In this document: piece after piece, positions 55,589 through 64,000 of the stretch
Numbering within the stretch: the first letter of the stretch is position 1
Layout of the letters: every line of letters begins with the position of its first letter
DNA from: an uncultured Acidobacteriota bacterium
GTDB taxonomy: Bacteria; Actinomycetota; Acidimicrobiia; Spongiisociales; ZC4RG35
Assembly: GCA_963780755.1 (NCBI GenBank)
Contig: CAWACX010000001.1
Span: 174,105-238,104 of the forward strand
Reading direction: 5' to 3'
DNA length: 64,000 nucleotides
Position numbers and translations under genes: made by a program
The notes under the pieces: generated by a model
Seen by the model: the letters and a program-made list of their open reading frames with translations, nothing else
What the model was told of the DNA's origin: nothing
Database searches by the model: none

Positions 55589-56874
55589 ATGCGCAGCCGG
55601 TTTCTGATTTCGTCGAGCTTGACGGATCTCGCCGCCTGGGCAGTTGCGGCCAGCCTGGCCTCTCTGTCGGTGTACGGCGTGTGGCTTCCCTGGAATTCGC
55701 TGTTGGGGAACCAGGTGTTCCCAATGTTGGCGGTGCAGGCGGTGTCGATCACCATCATGTCGATCGCCACGGCTCGCATGTCCGGCTATGGGGTGCCTCG
55801 GCCGACCTACGGGCGCATGTTCGCCATCTTCTTCGGGACCACCGCACTCACGGCATTGTTCCTGGTCCTGTTCCGCGATGTGTACTTCTCGCGGCGCTTC
55901 CTGATCTTCACTTCGATCGGATGGCTGGTCCTGGCCACCGCCCATCGCATGGTGCGTCGTCGCCGTCCCTGGACTGAGCGCATTGGCCTCATCACCGGTG
56001 AGAAGCAGCTCGCCGAGGACCTGGCGGAGTCGCCTCACACCGACGTCGTATGGGTCCTCGACCCATCCTTCGATGGCCCGATCGAGACGCCCGACCGTGA
56101 CCTCACCCTGGCAGTGGACCTGAGGGCCACGTTGTCGGAGAAGGTGGCCCAATTCCTGTCTTCGTGTGACATAGCGGGCTACACGATCAGGCCGCTCACC
56201 TCCATTTACGAGGAGCACACCGGGCGGGTGCCGTTTGTCCACCTCGCCGAGGGCTGGGAGATCTCGGCGCCTCTGCTCGCAGTTGCGCCATGGCTACCCG
56301 GTAAGAGAGTCTTCGACGTCCTCATAACAGCGGTGACGGCGCCACTCTGGCTGTCTGGTCGCCGGCCTGACCTGGATCTACGTCCGTCTGGCATCACCGG
56401 GCCCGGCCATCTTCCGGCAGCTGCGAGTGGGCCACGGTGGAGATTCGTTCACCATGCTACAAGTTCCGGACCATGGCTCTCGACGCCGAGAAGGACGGCC
56501 CTCAATTCGCGACCGAGGACGACGTCCGCCTTGTTCGAGGAGGCCGCTTTCTGAGGAAGTCCCGCCTCGACGAGGTGCCCCAGCTTTGGAATGTCCTCAA
56601 GGGCGAGATGAGCTTGGTCGGCCCCCGAGCCGAGCAGGTTCCGTTTGCCGAGGCGTTCCGAAAAGAGATCCCTTTCTACGGGCATCGTCATTTGGTGAGG
56701 CCCGGGATCACAGGCTGGGCTCAGGTGCACTATCGATATGCCGATGATCAAGCGGACACCATCGAGAAGCTGACCTATGACCTCTATTACATCAAGCACA
56801 TGTCGCCGGTGATGGACATCAGCGTGCTCTGGAGGAGTGTCTGGACTGTCCTCACCGGGGCAGGTGCCAGGTGA
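55589..56874 (+). CDS. Polyprenyl-phosphate glycosylphosphotransferase (WcaJ/CpsE-like priming transferase), frameshift at about 56360-56430
   Basis: N-terminal TM helices, KRVFD, KFRTM, LRKSRLDEVPQLWNVLKGEMSLVGPR, RPGITGWAQV, DLYYI. Confidence 0.9.
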
Positions 56875-58091
56875 ATGGGTCGGTGATCGAGGCAGAGCGC
56901 AGGGGCTTCAAGGCACCGGGCACGACCTTCATGCTCGCCGGTGCCCTCATCGGCGCCGTCGGCGCTTATGTGTTCCAGGTTTATGGGGGCCGACAGCTCG
57001 GCACCGAGGCCTTCGCACCAATCGCCCAGCTCTGGACCATCTTCTTCATCCTGGCCACGGTGCTCCTCGTGCCGGTGGAGCAGTACGTGACCCGAGAGGT
57101 CGCCTCCGGCCGCAAGGCGATACCTCACGACCTGGTGCCGGCTGGTGTCGTAGCCGGTATCGGTGCCGTCTTGGGTGGAGGGTTCGTTGTGGTGACCCTT
57201 GACCGCTTGTTCACAGGCAGCTGGCAGTACGTCGCCCAGATCGTCCTGCTCATGGTCGGGTACGGGCTGCTCTTCGTCGGAAAGGGCGTGCTCGCTGGAC
57301 GCAGGCGCTTCGCAGGGGTGGGGTGGGTGCTGGTGCTCGAGACCGTGGTCCGGCTCGCGGCGGGGATCGTGGCCATCCAGCTCTTTGCCACCGCGGAGTC
57401 GCTGGGATGGGCGATGGTGCTCGGGGGGTTTGCGGTCCTCGGCCTTGGTTGGTGGCGTCACGACAAGGGCCAGTCCAGGGCACCCGCCGCCCCCGCGCCC
57501 CCGTTCCTCGGCGGATACGTCGCCGGGACTGCCTCGTCTCAGGTCCTGCTCGGCGCGGCTCCAATCGCGGTTGCCTTGCTCGGCGGAGACCAGGCGATCC
57601 AATCGGTGGTGTTTGCCACCTTCACCCTGTATCGGGCTCCGCTGACCCTGATCTTCGCGGTGCAGGGGAGGATCCTGCCCTTCTTGGTAGGTCTCGCCGG
57701 GACCAACGACACCAAGAAGCTGGGGCGGTTTGCAAGGAACGTCGTGGTCGTAGGCGTCGCCCTCGCCGTGTTGGGTGGTCTCGTCGGGTGGCTGGTCGGC
57801 CCCCAGGTAGTGGCCTTTCTCTTCGAGCCCGACTTTGCCCCGAGCCAAACGGTGGCCATGCTCGCCGCGGCCGGGGTGATGGCCGCGGCCGCCGCCCAGA
57901 TTGCCGGTCAAGTCCTGGTTGCGGAGGCCCGAACCTCCCGCCTGGCGTTGGCCTGGTTCGGAGGTCTGGTCGTGGGGGTCACCGTCCTACTGCTCCTCGG
58001 CGGGGAGCCGGGCACGAGAGTCGCGCTGGCATTCGCCATCGGGGAGTTCGTGGCCCTACTCCTGATGGCGGCCCTCGCCGTTCGTCGATAG
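56871..58091 (+). CDS. Oligosaccharide flippase-like (Wzx/MOP) membrane protein
   Basis: About 12 TM helices, coupled to the priming transferase; EQYVTREVA, ETVVRL, TLYRAPL. Confidence 0.72.
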   Translation: MNGSVIEAERRGFKAPGTTFMLAGALIGAVGAYVFQVYGGRQLGTEAFAPIAQLWTIFFILATVLLVPVEQYVTREVASGRKAIPHDLVPAGVVAGIGAVLGGGFVVVTLDRLFTGSWQYVAQIVLLMVGYGLLFVGKGVLAGRRRFAGVGWVLVLETVVRLAAGIVAIQLFATAESLGWAMVLGGFAVLGLGWWRHDKGQSRAPAAPAPPFLGGYVAGTASSQVLLGAAPIAVALLGGDQAIQSVVFATFTLYRAPLTLIFAVQGRILPFLVGLAGTNDTKKLGRFARNVVVVGVALAVLGGLVGWLVGPQVVAFLFEPDFAPSQTVAMLAAAGVMAAAAAQIAGQVLVAEARTSRLALAWFGGLVVGVTVLLLLGGEPGTRVALAFAIGEFVALLLMAALAVRR

Positions 58092-58499
58092 GCCGATCCA
58101 CTGGCTGTGCTCGGCGGCCAAGCTCGGTGGGAATCGCCAGCGCATAGTCCTTGGGACCTCGGGTACCCGGTCGACGACGATCAGCCATCCGTCCTCGACC
58201 CGGACCAAGTCGGCCCGCATCAAGGTCGGAAGGTATCTGGGTAGCCGCACCCCCTCCCCCTTCTCGGCGGCACGCACCAGGCGGAGCAGCTCGGCAACTG
58301 CCGCCGATCCGATGGCGGCTACCCAGAACCGGCGCACATAGGCATCTGTGGGTCGAAAGGTGTCAGTTGAGTGTCGGATGCGGACCGGGACCACGGGTCG
58401 AACTCGGGCTGTCGGACGGACCGAAGCGCCCGGGGAGGTATCGATCGTTCGATGCGGAGGACGAGCACCCCGACCACTCCCGGGCACTTCGGCTGTCAT
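58056..58499 (-). CDS. Hypothetical protein, possibly winged-helix-like
   Basis: MTAEVPG...PTDAYVRRFWVAAIGSAAVAELLRL...RFPPSLAAEH; ordinary composition and fills the gap between the flippase and PBP genes. Confidence 0.55.
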   Translation of the reverse strand: MTAEVPGSGRGARPPHRTIDTSPGASVRPTARVRPVVPVRIRHSTDTFRPTDAYVRRFWVAAIGSAAVAELLRLVRAAEKGEGVRLPRYLPTLMRADLVRVEDGWLIVVDRVPEVPRTMRWRFPPSLAAEHSQWIGLSTNGEGRHQE

Positions 58500-58584
58500 G
58501 TGTCGAGTTCTACAGAACAACGTCAAATAACGTCAAGAGGCGTAGACGGGGGTCGCGAAAGAAACCGTTGATCGACGGGCTTGT

Positions 58585-61131
58585 TCAGCCCAGTTCGCCG
58601 ACGAACACGGTCAGCTGCGCCGTTCCCTCGACCGTTGCCCCCGGAGGTGGGTTGGTGGTGACGATCCGGCCAACCAGCGACGAATCGGTGACGACAGTCG
58701 GTTGCTGGACCAGGCTCAGCTTCACGCCCGTCTCTTCCTCGAAGTCACGAATCGAATCCAACGCCTCCTCGACGGTTAGCCCGATGAGAGCCGGGATTTG
58801 GCCGACCGGGATCTCCCCGCTCGACACTGAGATGGTGATGGTGCTGCCCTGTCGCACGGTGGCTCCGGGCTCCACGCTCTGGCTCACGACCATTCCCTCC
58901 GGCTCGAGTGACGGGACCTCGACCACGGCAGCGTTGAGCTTGGCCTCGCGGAGCCTTGCAACTGCCTCGCCACTGGTCAGGCCGACCACCGACGGGACAG
59001 TTGTCGGCGGTGGGATCAGGTACTTCTCGATGTTGGACGGCTCGGCTGGGAACTCGGTCACCGGTAGGTCGGCCGTGACATAGCTCATGAATTCGCCCCA
59101 GATGGGTGCTGGGACCGACCCGCCGAAGACTCGTCGATAGTTCTGGCCGTTGATGACGACGTTGGTGAGAGGGACCTGCTGGGCCTCATAGCCGACCCAA
59201 ACCGCGGTGCTGAACTCTGGGGTGTAGCCGACGTACCAGGCGTCGAGGTAGCTCTGATGGGTCCCCGTCTTCCCACCCTGGGGGCGCCCGATGTTGGCCA
59301 ACGGAGCCGTGCCCGACCCGGTGGGGACCTTGGAGAGTGCACGGCGGGCGGCGGCGAAGATCGCCGGGTCGGAGACCTGAGTCTGCTCCAGCTCGTGCTC
59401 GTAGATCACGTCGCCCGCGCTGTCCACGATTCTGGAGACGATGTAGTCGTTGGCATGGAGGCCGTTGGTCGCGAAGTTGGAGTAGGCGTTCGCCATCTCG
59501 AGCGTGCTCACCGCCGAGCTCCCGAGGACGATCGAGAGCACGGGGTCGAGTGATGACTCATCGATCCCCATCCGCCTCGCCACGTCGACCACGTTCTCCG
59601 GGCCTACCTCCAGGGAGAGTTGGGCGTACACCGCATTCACCGAGTTGTAGGTCGCTTGCTCGAGAGTGATCACGCCGTAGGAATTGCCGGCGTTGTGGAC
59701 GGTCCAAATGTTGGAGCCGTTGGGCGCGCAGGGGAAGGGGCACTCGATCTCGATCGGGCTCTTGCCGCTCCAGGTGTGGCCCATGGTGTATCCCTGCTCC
59801 AGGGCGGCCACCAGGCCGAACGGCTTGAACGAGGATCCCGGGTTTCGTCGGCCTTGAACCGCAAGGTCGAACTGGGAGAACTCGAAGGGAAGGCCCGAAG
59901 CCATGACCTTCACCGCGCCGGTGTGGTTGTCGACCATGGTCATCGCCCCGGTGGGGACGCAGGAGTGTGTCTCTGCGTAGCTGGCGAGGAAATCATCGGT
60001 CTCGTTGGGGAGGATGTCTCGGCACTTGGCGAGGTTCTCTTCGTAAACGGGAAGGGGGAGCCACGAGGCCAGGATCTCATTGGCCTTCTTCTGGAGGCCG
60101 AGATCGATCGTGGTGAAGACCTGAAGGCCGCCGCCTCCCTCGCAGGCCACGTCGTCGGCGGGGCAACCGAAGACGGCCTTCTTTCGCTCTTCCGGAGTGT
60201 CGCCGAGGAACGCGAACTTGGGATCGTTGAGCAGTTGCCGCTTCACCTCTGCCACCACGTGATCGGCCTCGCCGCGTCGCAGCGGCGCCTCGATCACGCC
60301 GAGGGGCTGGGTGATGGCCAATTCGGCCTGCTCGCTCGTGATCCAACCCTCTTCGGCCATCTCCCTGATGACGTCGTCCCTTCGCTCCAGGGTGATCTCC
60401 GGGCGGGTCCGCGGGTTGTAGAGCGACGGGTTTCGCACCAGGACTGCAAGGGCGGCGGACTCGTGGACTTCGAGTTGATCGAGCTCCTTGCCAAAGAACT
60501 CCTCCGCAGCCGTCTTCACCCCGTAGGCGCCGGCCCCGAAATAGACCGAGTTCATGTAGAACTCGAGGATCCGCTCTTTGGGGAACCTGCGTTCCACCTC
60601 GGCGGAGACGAACGCCTCGTTGATCTTGCGACGGATGCTGACCTCGGTACCCACGAAGGCGTTCTTGACCACCTGCTGCGTGATCGTCGATCCACCGCGG
60701 GTCGTGTCGTAGATCAGGTTGTCGATCGCCGCAGAGACGATGGCCGAGAAGTCGACTCCGGAGTGCTCGAAGAATTCGGCATCCTCGGCAGCGAGGATGG
60801 CGTGGACCAGGTCCGGGGGCACCGAGTCGTACGGCACCGGCTCGGAGTTGCGCCCATCGTGCAGCTCGGCGAGGACTTCGCCCGATTCGGCATATATCCG
60901 GCTCACCCGGCTCAAGTCGGGAAGCGTGAGCTCCATCGAGCGGGTGTCCGGCACCCAGTCGTCCTTGATCCCTTCGAATGTGCCATATGCCGAGTTCGTC
61001 CCCAGGAACGCGAACAAGCCCACCCAACCTGCAAGGAGGAGTGACATCGAGAGCAAGGTGGCGAGGGCGCCGAACCAACGGCCCCTGCGCTCCCGCGCCT
61101 CTATCTGGTGAATGAGCGCTTTTCTGGCCAT
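58585..61131 (-). CDS. Class A penicillin-binding protein (transglycosylase/transpeptidase) with two PASTA domains
   Basis: [30 protein letters not shown] (SxxK), SVN, KTG, and two PASTA repeats ([16 protein letters not shown]). Confidence 0.95.
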   Translation of the reverse strand: MARKALIHQIEARERRGRWFGALATLLSMSLLLAGWVGLFAFLGTNSAYGTFEGIKDDWVPDTRSMELTLPDLSRVSRIYAESGEVLAELHDGRNSEPVPYDSVPPDLVHAILAAEDAEFFEHSGVDFSAIVSAAIDNLIYDTTRGGSTITQQVVKNAFVGTEVSIRRKINEAFVSAEVERRFPKERILEFYMNSVYFGAGAYGVKTAAEEFFGKELDQLEVHESAALAVLVRNPSLYNPRTRPEITLERRDDVIREMAEEGWITSEQAELAITQPLGVIEAPLRRGEADHVVAEVKRQLLNDPKFAFLGDTPEERKKAVFGCPADDVACEGGGGLQVFTTIDLGLQKKANEILASWLPLPVYEENLAKCRDILPNETDDFLASYAETHSCVPTGAMTMVDNHTGAVKVMASGLPFEFSQFDLAVQGRRNPGSSFKPFGLVAALEQGYTMGHTWSGKSPIEIECPFPCAPNGSNIWTVHNAGNSYGVITLEQATYNSVNAVYAQLSLEVGPENVVDVARRMGIDESSLDPVLSIVLGSSAVSTLEMANAYSNFATNGLHANDYIVSRIVDSAGDVIYEHELEQTQVSDPAIFAAARRALSKVPTGSGTAPLANIGRPQGGKTGTHQSYLDAWYVGYTPEFSTAVWVGYEAQQVPLTNVVINGQNYRRVFGGSVPAPIWGEFMSYVTADLPVTEFPAEPSNIEKYLIPPPTTVPSVVGLTSGEAVARLREAKLNAAVVEVPSLEPEGMVVSQSVEPGATVRQGSTITISVSSGEIPVGQIPALIGLTVEEALDSIRDFEEETGVKLSLVQQPTVVTDSSLVGRIVTTNPPPGATVEGTAQLTVFVGELG

Positions 61132-61210
61132 CTGGAGGGATTGGACGTCTCGGGACCCACCGGAGTTCCCGACCTACGATCCACGAGAAGGCTGTCAGGA
61201 TACCCCGGCT

Positions 61211-62773
61211 ATGAAAGAAACCAGGAGCACGTCGAGCGACATCGAGGTCGAAGTCGTTTACGAGGGCCCTGCCGACGCCTCTCGAATCGGGGCTCCAGGG
61301 GCCTACCCGTTCACCCGGGGCCCCCATCCCACCATGTATCGGGGACGGCTGTGGACGATGCGCCAGTACGCCGGTTTCGGCACCGCAGAGGAGACCAATC
61401 GCAGGTTCCGCGACCTCCTCGACGCGGGCCAGAATGGGTTGAGCGTCGCATTCGACCTGCCCACCCAGATGGGGCTCGATTCCGATCACCCACTCGCCGT
61501 CGGTGAGGTGGGCAAGGTCGGGGTGGCGATCGACTCGATCGACGACATGAGGCGGCTGTTCGAAGGCATCCCGTTGGATTCGGTGTCGACCTCGATGACC
61601 ATCAACGCCACGGCCCCGATCCTTCTTCTCCTCTATCAGCTGGTCGCCGAAGAGAGTGGGATCCCACCGTCCCGTCTCAGAGGAACAGTCCAGAACGACA
61701 TCCTCAAGGAATACGTGGCGAGGGGCACCTACATCTACCCGCCTCGGCCCTCGATGCGGCTCGTCACCGACGTCTTCGAGTACGCGGGGAGCGAGCTTCC
61801 GGAATGGAACTCGATCTCGGTCAGCGGGTATCACATCAGGGAAGCCGGAGCGACAGCCGTCCAGGAGCTCGCGTTCACGATCGCCAACGGCCTGGCGTAC
61901 GTCCGGGCTGCTATCGAGGACGGCTTGAGCGCCGACCAGGTGGCGCCCCGTCTCTCCTTCTTTTGGAACGGGCACAGCAACTTCTTCGAGGAGGTGGCCA
62001 AATACCGGGCCGCGCGCCGAATCTGGGCGCGGTTGATGCGGGATGTGATTGGCGCTGTTGATCCCAGGTCCTGGGCGATGCGCTTCCACACCCAGACCGC
62101 GGGCTCCACCCTCACCGCGCAACAACCGCTGAACAATGTGGTCCGCACCACGATGCAGGCGCTGAGCGCGGTCCTTGGCGGGACCCAGTCATTGCACACC
62201 AACTCGTACGACGAGGCCCTCGGGCTCCCAACCGACGAGGCGGCGCTGCTCGCCCTTCGCACCCAACAGGTGATCGCGTTCGAGACCGGGGTAGCCGACA
62301 CCGTCGATCCTCTTGCCGGCTCTTATTTCGTCGAGGCGCTCACTGACGAGGTGGAAGCCCGGGCGGAGGCGATCTTGAGTCAGATCGAGGAAATGGGTGG
62401 GGCGGTGGCCGCGATCGAAGCCGGCTGGATGCAAGCCCAGATCGAAGAGTCCGCCTATCGGGAGGCGCGCCGACAATCAAGCGGCGAGTCGATCCTGGTC
62501 GGGGTGAACCGGTTCCAGGAAGGCCCCGGTGGCCCGGTCCCGGTGTCCGATATCGAACCGGCGCTCGAGGAATCCCAGAAGTCGCGGCTTGCTCTCTGGA
62601 AGGCGCAGCGTGACGGGCAGCGCCTGACGTCGGCTCTCGATGAAGTCGAGGCGACAGCGCGAACCGAGTCCAATCTCCTGCATCCGATGAAGGTGGCGCT
62701 GGCAGCCGGAGCGACGGTTGGCGAGGTCTCCGATCGGCTCCGCGCCGTCTTCGGGTCCCATCGCAGCGGTTGA
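61211..62773 (+). CDS. Methylmalonyl-CoA mutase-family catalytic subunit without a B12-binding domain
   Basis: [67 protein letters not shown]. Confidence 0.93.
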   Translation: MKETRSTSSDIEVEVVYEGPADASRIGAPGAYPFTRGPHPTMYRGRLWTMRQYAGFGTAEETNRRFRDLLDAGQNGLSVAFDLPTQMGLDSDHPLAVGEVGKVGVAIDSIDDMRRLFEGIPLDSVSTSMTINATAPILLLLYQLVAEESGIPPSRLRGTVQNDILKEYVARGTYIYPPRPSMRLVTDVFEYAGSELPEWNSISVSGYHIREAGATAVQELAFTIANGLAYVRAAIEDGLSADQVAPRLSFFWNGHSNFFEEVAKYRAARRIWARLMRDVIGAVDPRSWAMRFHTQTAGSTLTAQQPLNNVVRTTMQALSAVLGGTQSLHTNSYDEALGLPTDEAALLALRTQQVIAFETGVADTVDPLAGSYFVEALTDEVEARAEAILSQIEEMGGAVAAIEAGWMQAQIEESAYREARRQSSGESILVGVNRFQEGPGGPVPVSDIEPALEESQKSRLALWKAQRDGQRLTSALDEVEATARTESNLLHPMKVALAAGATVGEVSDRLRAVFGSHRSG

Positions 62774-62820
62774 TCTCCGCTCCGGGTTTTCGTCCCAGTT
62801 ACCGTCCCACCTCGAGAGAC

Positions 62821-64000
62821 ATGGCAGAGACCAAACCGCACCTTCTGATAATCGGTGGAGGCCCGGCCGGGACCCAGGCGGCTACGACGGCCGCATCCAA
62901 GGGCGCCCAGGTGACGATCGTCGAGAAGGACATCGTCGGTGGCGCAGCACACCTCTGGGACTGCATCCCTTCCAAGACCATGGCGGCGAGCGCCTTGCGC
63001 CACACATCGATACGCAACGCGGCAAAGCTGGGATTCGTCACCGATCCAGGCAAGGTCGATCCCAAGGTCCTCGCCGAGCGGATCGAGGTGATCACCGGCG
63101 ACATCAATCGCAACTGGGTGTCGCTCCTCCAGTCACAAGGTGTGGCGATTGTCGACGGCACTGGGCGCTTCCGATCCGATCACGAAGTCGTGGTGGAGAC
63201 CACGGCAGGGGAGCGGGTGATTGCGTTCGACAAGGCGATGATCTCGACCGGGTCTTCCCCTCGGGTCCCGGACTGGGCGCCGGTCGACCGAAAGCAAGTG
63301 CTCACGACCCGTGACTGTTACTTCCTCGACGATGTTCCGGAGCACATGGTCGTGATCGGCTCCGGTGTGACGGGGGTCGAGTTCACCCACATCTTCGAGA
63401 GCCTGGGTGCTCGGGTCAGCCTGGTGGTCTCCCGACAACAGATCCTCCCGCATCGCGATGCCGAAGTCGCCGCGGTCCTCGAAGAGGACTTCCTGGAGCG
63501 GGGTGTGCGCCTCGTGATCGGAGCGCGCGCCGAGGCGATCGATCTCGACGGCGCGGAGGTGGCCGTCAAGTGCGACGACGGGCGAGTAATCCGCGGATCG
63601 CATGCCCTGCTGGCGGTGGGCTCGTTCCCCCTGAGCGAGGGCCTGGGGCTGGAGGCGGCAGGCGTCGAGACCGAGGACGGGTACGTGATCGTCGACGAGC
63701 ATCAGCGGAGCTCGGTCCCTCACATCTACGCGGCGGGTGATGTCACCGGTCAGATGCCGCTGAGCTCGGTCGCTTCGATGCAAGGGAGGAAGATCGCAAG
63801 CCATGCCCTCGGGTTGCCGGTGGCCCCGATCGACTATTCGAAGGTCGCCGAAGCCATCTTCACCGAGCCGGAGATCGCGTCGGTTGGCCTCGTCGACGTC
63901 GAGGCTGCAGCCGAAGGGCGGAAAGTGAGGACCACCAAGGTCCCATTTGCCGCCAACGCGCGGTCCGTGCTGCAGCACGTCACCAGAGGCTTCGTCAAGC
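62821..64000 (+). CDS. Flavoprotein disulfide reductase, NAD(P)H:quinone dehydrogenase type (mycobacterial LpdA-like); runs off the window
   Basis: IIGGGPAG, GGAAHLWDCIPSK (only one Cys), ISTGSSP, IGSGVTG, YAAGD. Confidence 0.85.
   Translation, partial: MAETKPHLLIIGGGPAGTQAATTAASKGAQVTIVEKDIVGGAAHLWDCIPSKTMAASALRHTSIRNAAKLGFVTDPGKVDPKVLAERIEVITGDINRNWVSLLQSQGVAIVDGTGRFRSDHEVVVETTAGERVIAFDKAMISTGSSPRVPDWAPVDRKQVLTTRDCYFLDDVPEHMVVIGSGVTGVEFTHIFESLGARVSLVVSRQQILPHRDAEVAAVLEEDFLERGVRLVIGARAEAIDLDGAEVAVKCDDGRVIRGSHALLAVGSFPLSEGLGLEAAGVETEDGYVIVDEHQRSSVPHIYAAGDVTGQMPLSSVASMQGRKIASHALGLPVAPIDYSKVAEAIFTEPEIASVGLVDVEAAAEGRKVRTTKVPFAANARSVLQHVTRGFVK

Noticed and set aside
61211-62773. Mutase lacking its B12-binding domain as a truncation or pseudogene
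   Set aside because: Split catalytic and B12-binding subunits are a normal organisation, and the ORF is intact.

Overview
High-GC bacterial chromosomal window, most likely from an actinobacterium (Acidimicrobiia-like; inferred from gene content, not checked by search). Many genes carry 1-bp frameshifts that look like long-read or assembly errors, so several coordinates are reconstructed by hand. Layout: (1) 0.2-4.7 kb, lpdA, a dlaT/sucB-type E2 and a LipB-LipA fusion. (2) 4.9-11.5 kb, an SLH-anchored PL14-like lyase, an M24 peptidase and a tightly coupled five-gene Mau-like operon (MauE, Tat-exported 23-Cys protein with repeat tail, MauD-like thioredoxin, hypothetical protein, SLH protein). 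(3) 11.6-58.1 kb, a large cell-surface glycan locus: Wzm/Wzt, about 12 glycosyltransferases, a CMP-ulosonate-type cytidylyltransferase module, two candidate ulosonate transferases, a GT2-pyruvyltransferase fusion, four methyltransferases, an OafA-SGNH acyltransferase, rmlCBAD, a nucleotide-sugar dehydrogenase, a GT-C protein, a priming transferase and a flippase, interleaved with four more three-SLH proteins (M23, S8, GSDH, SpoIID/LytB). (4) 58.6-64 kb, PBP1A, methylmalonyl-CoA mutase and a flavoprotein disulfide reductase. No tRNA, rRNA, CRISPR array or IS element was recognised. Best candidates for an undescribed system: an actinobacterial SLH/pyruvylated wall-polymer anchoring system, and the Mau-like operon that lacks MauB and MauG.
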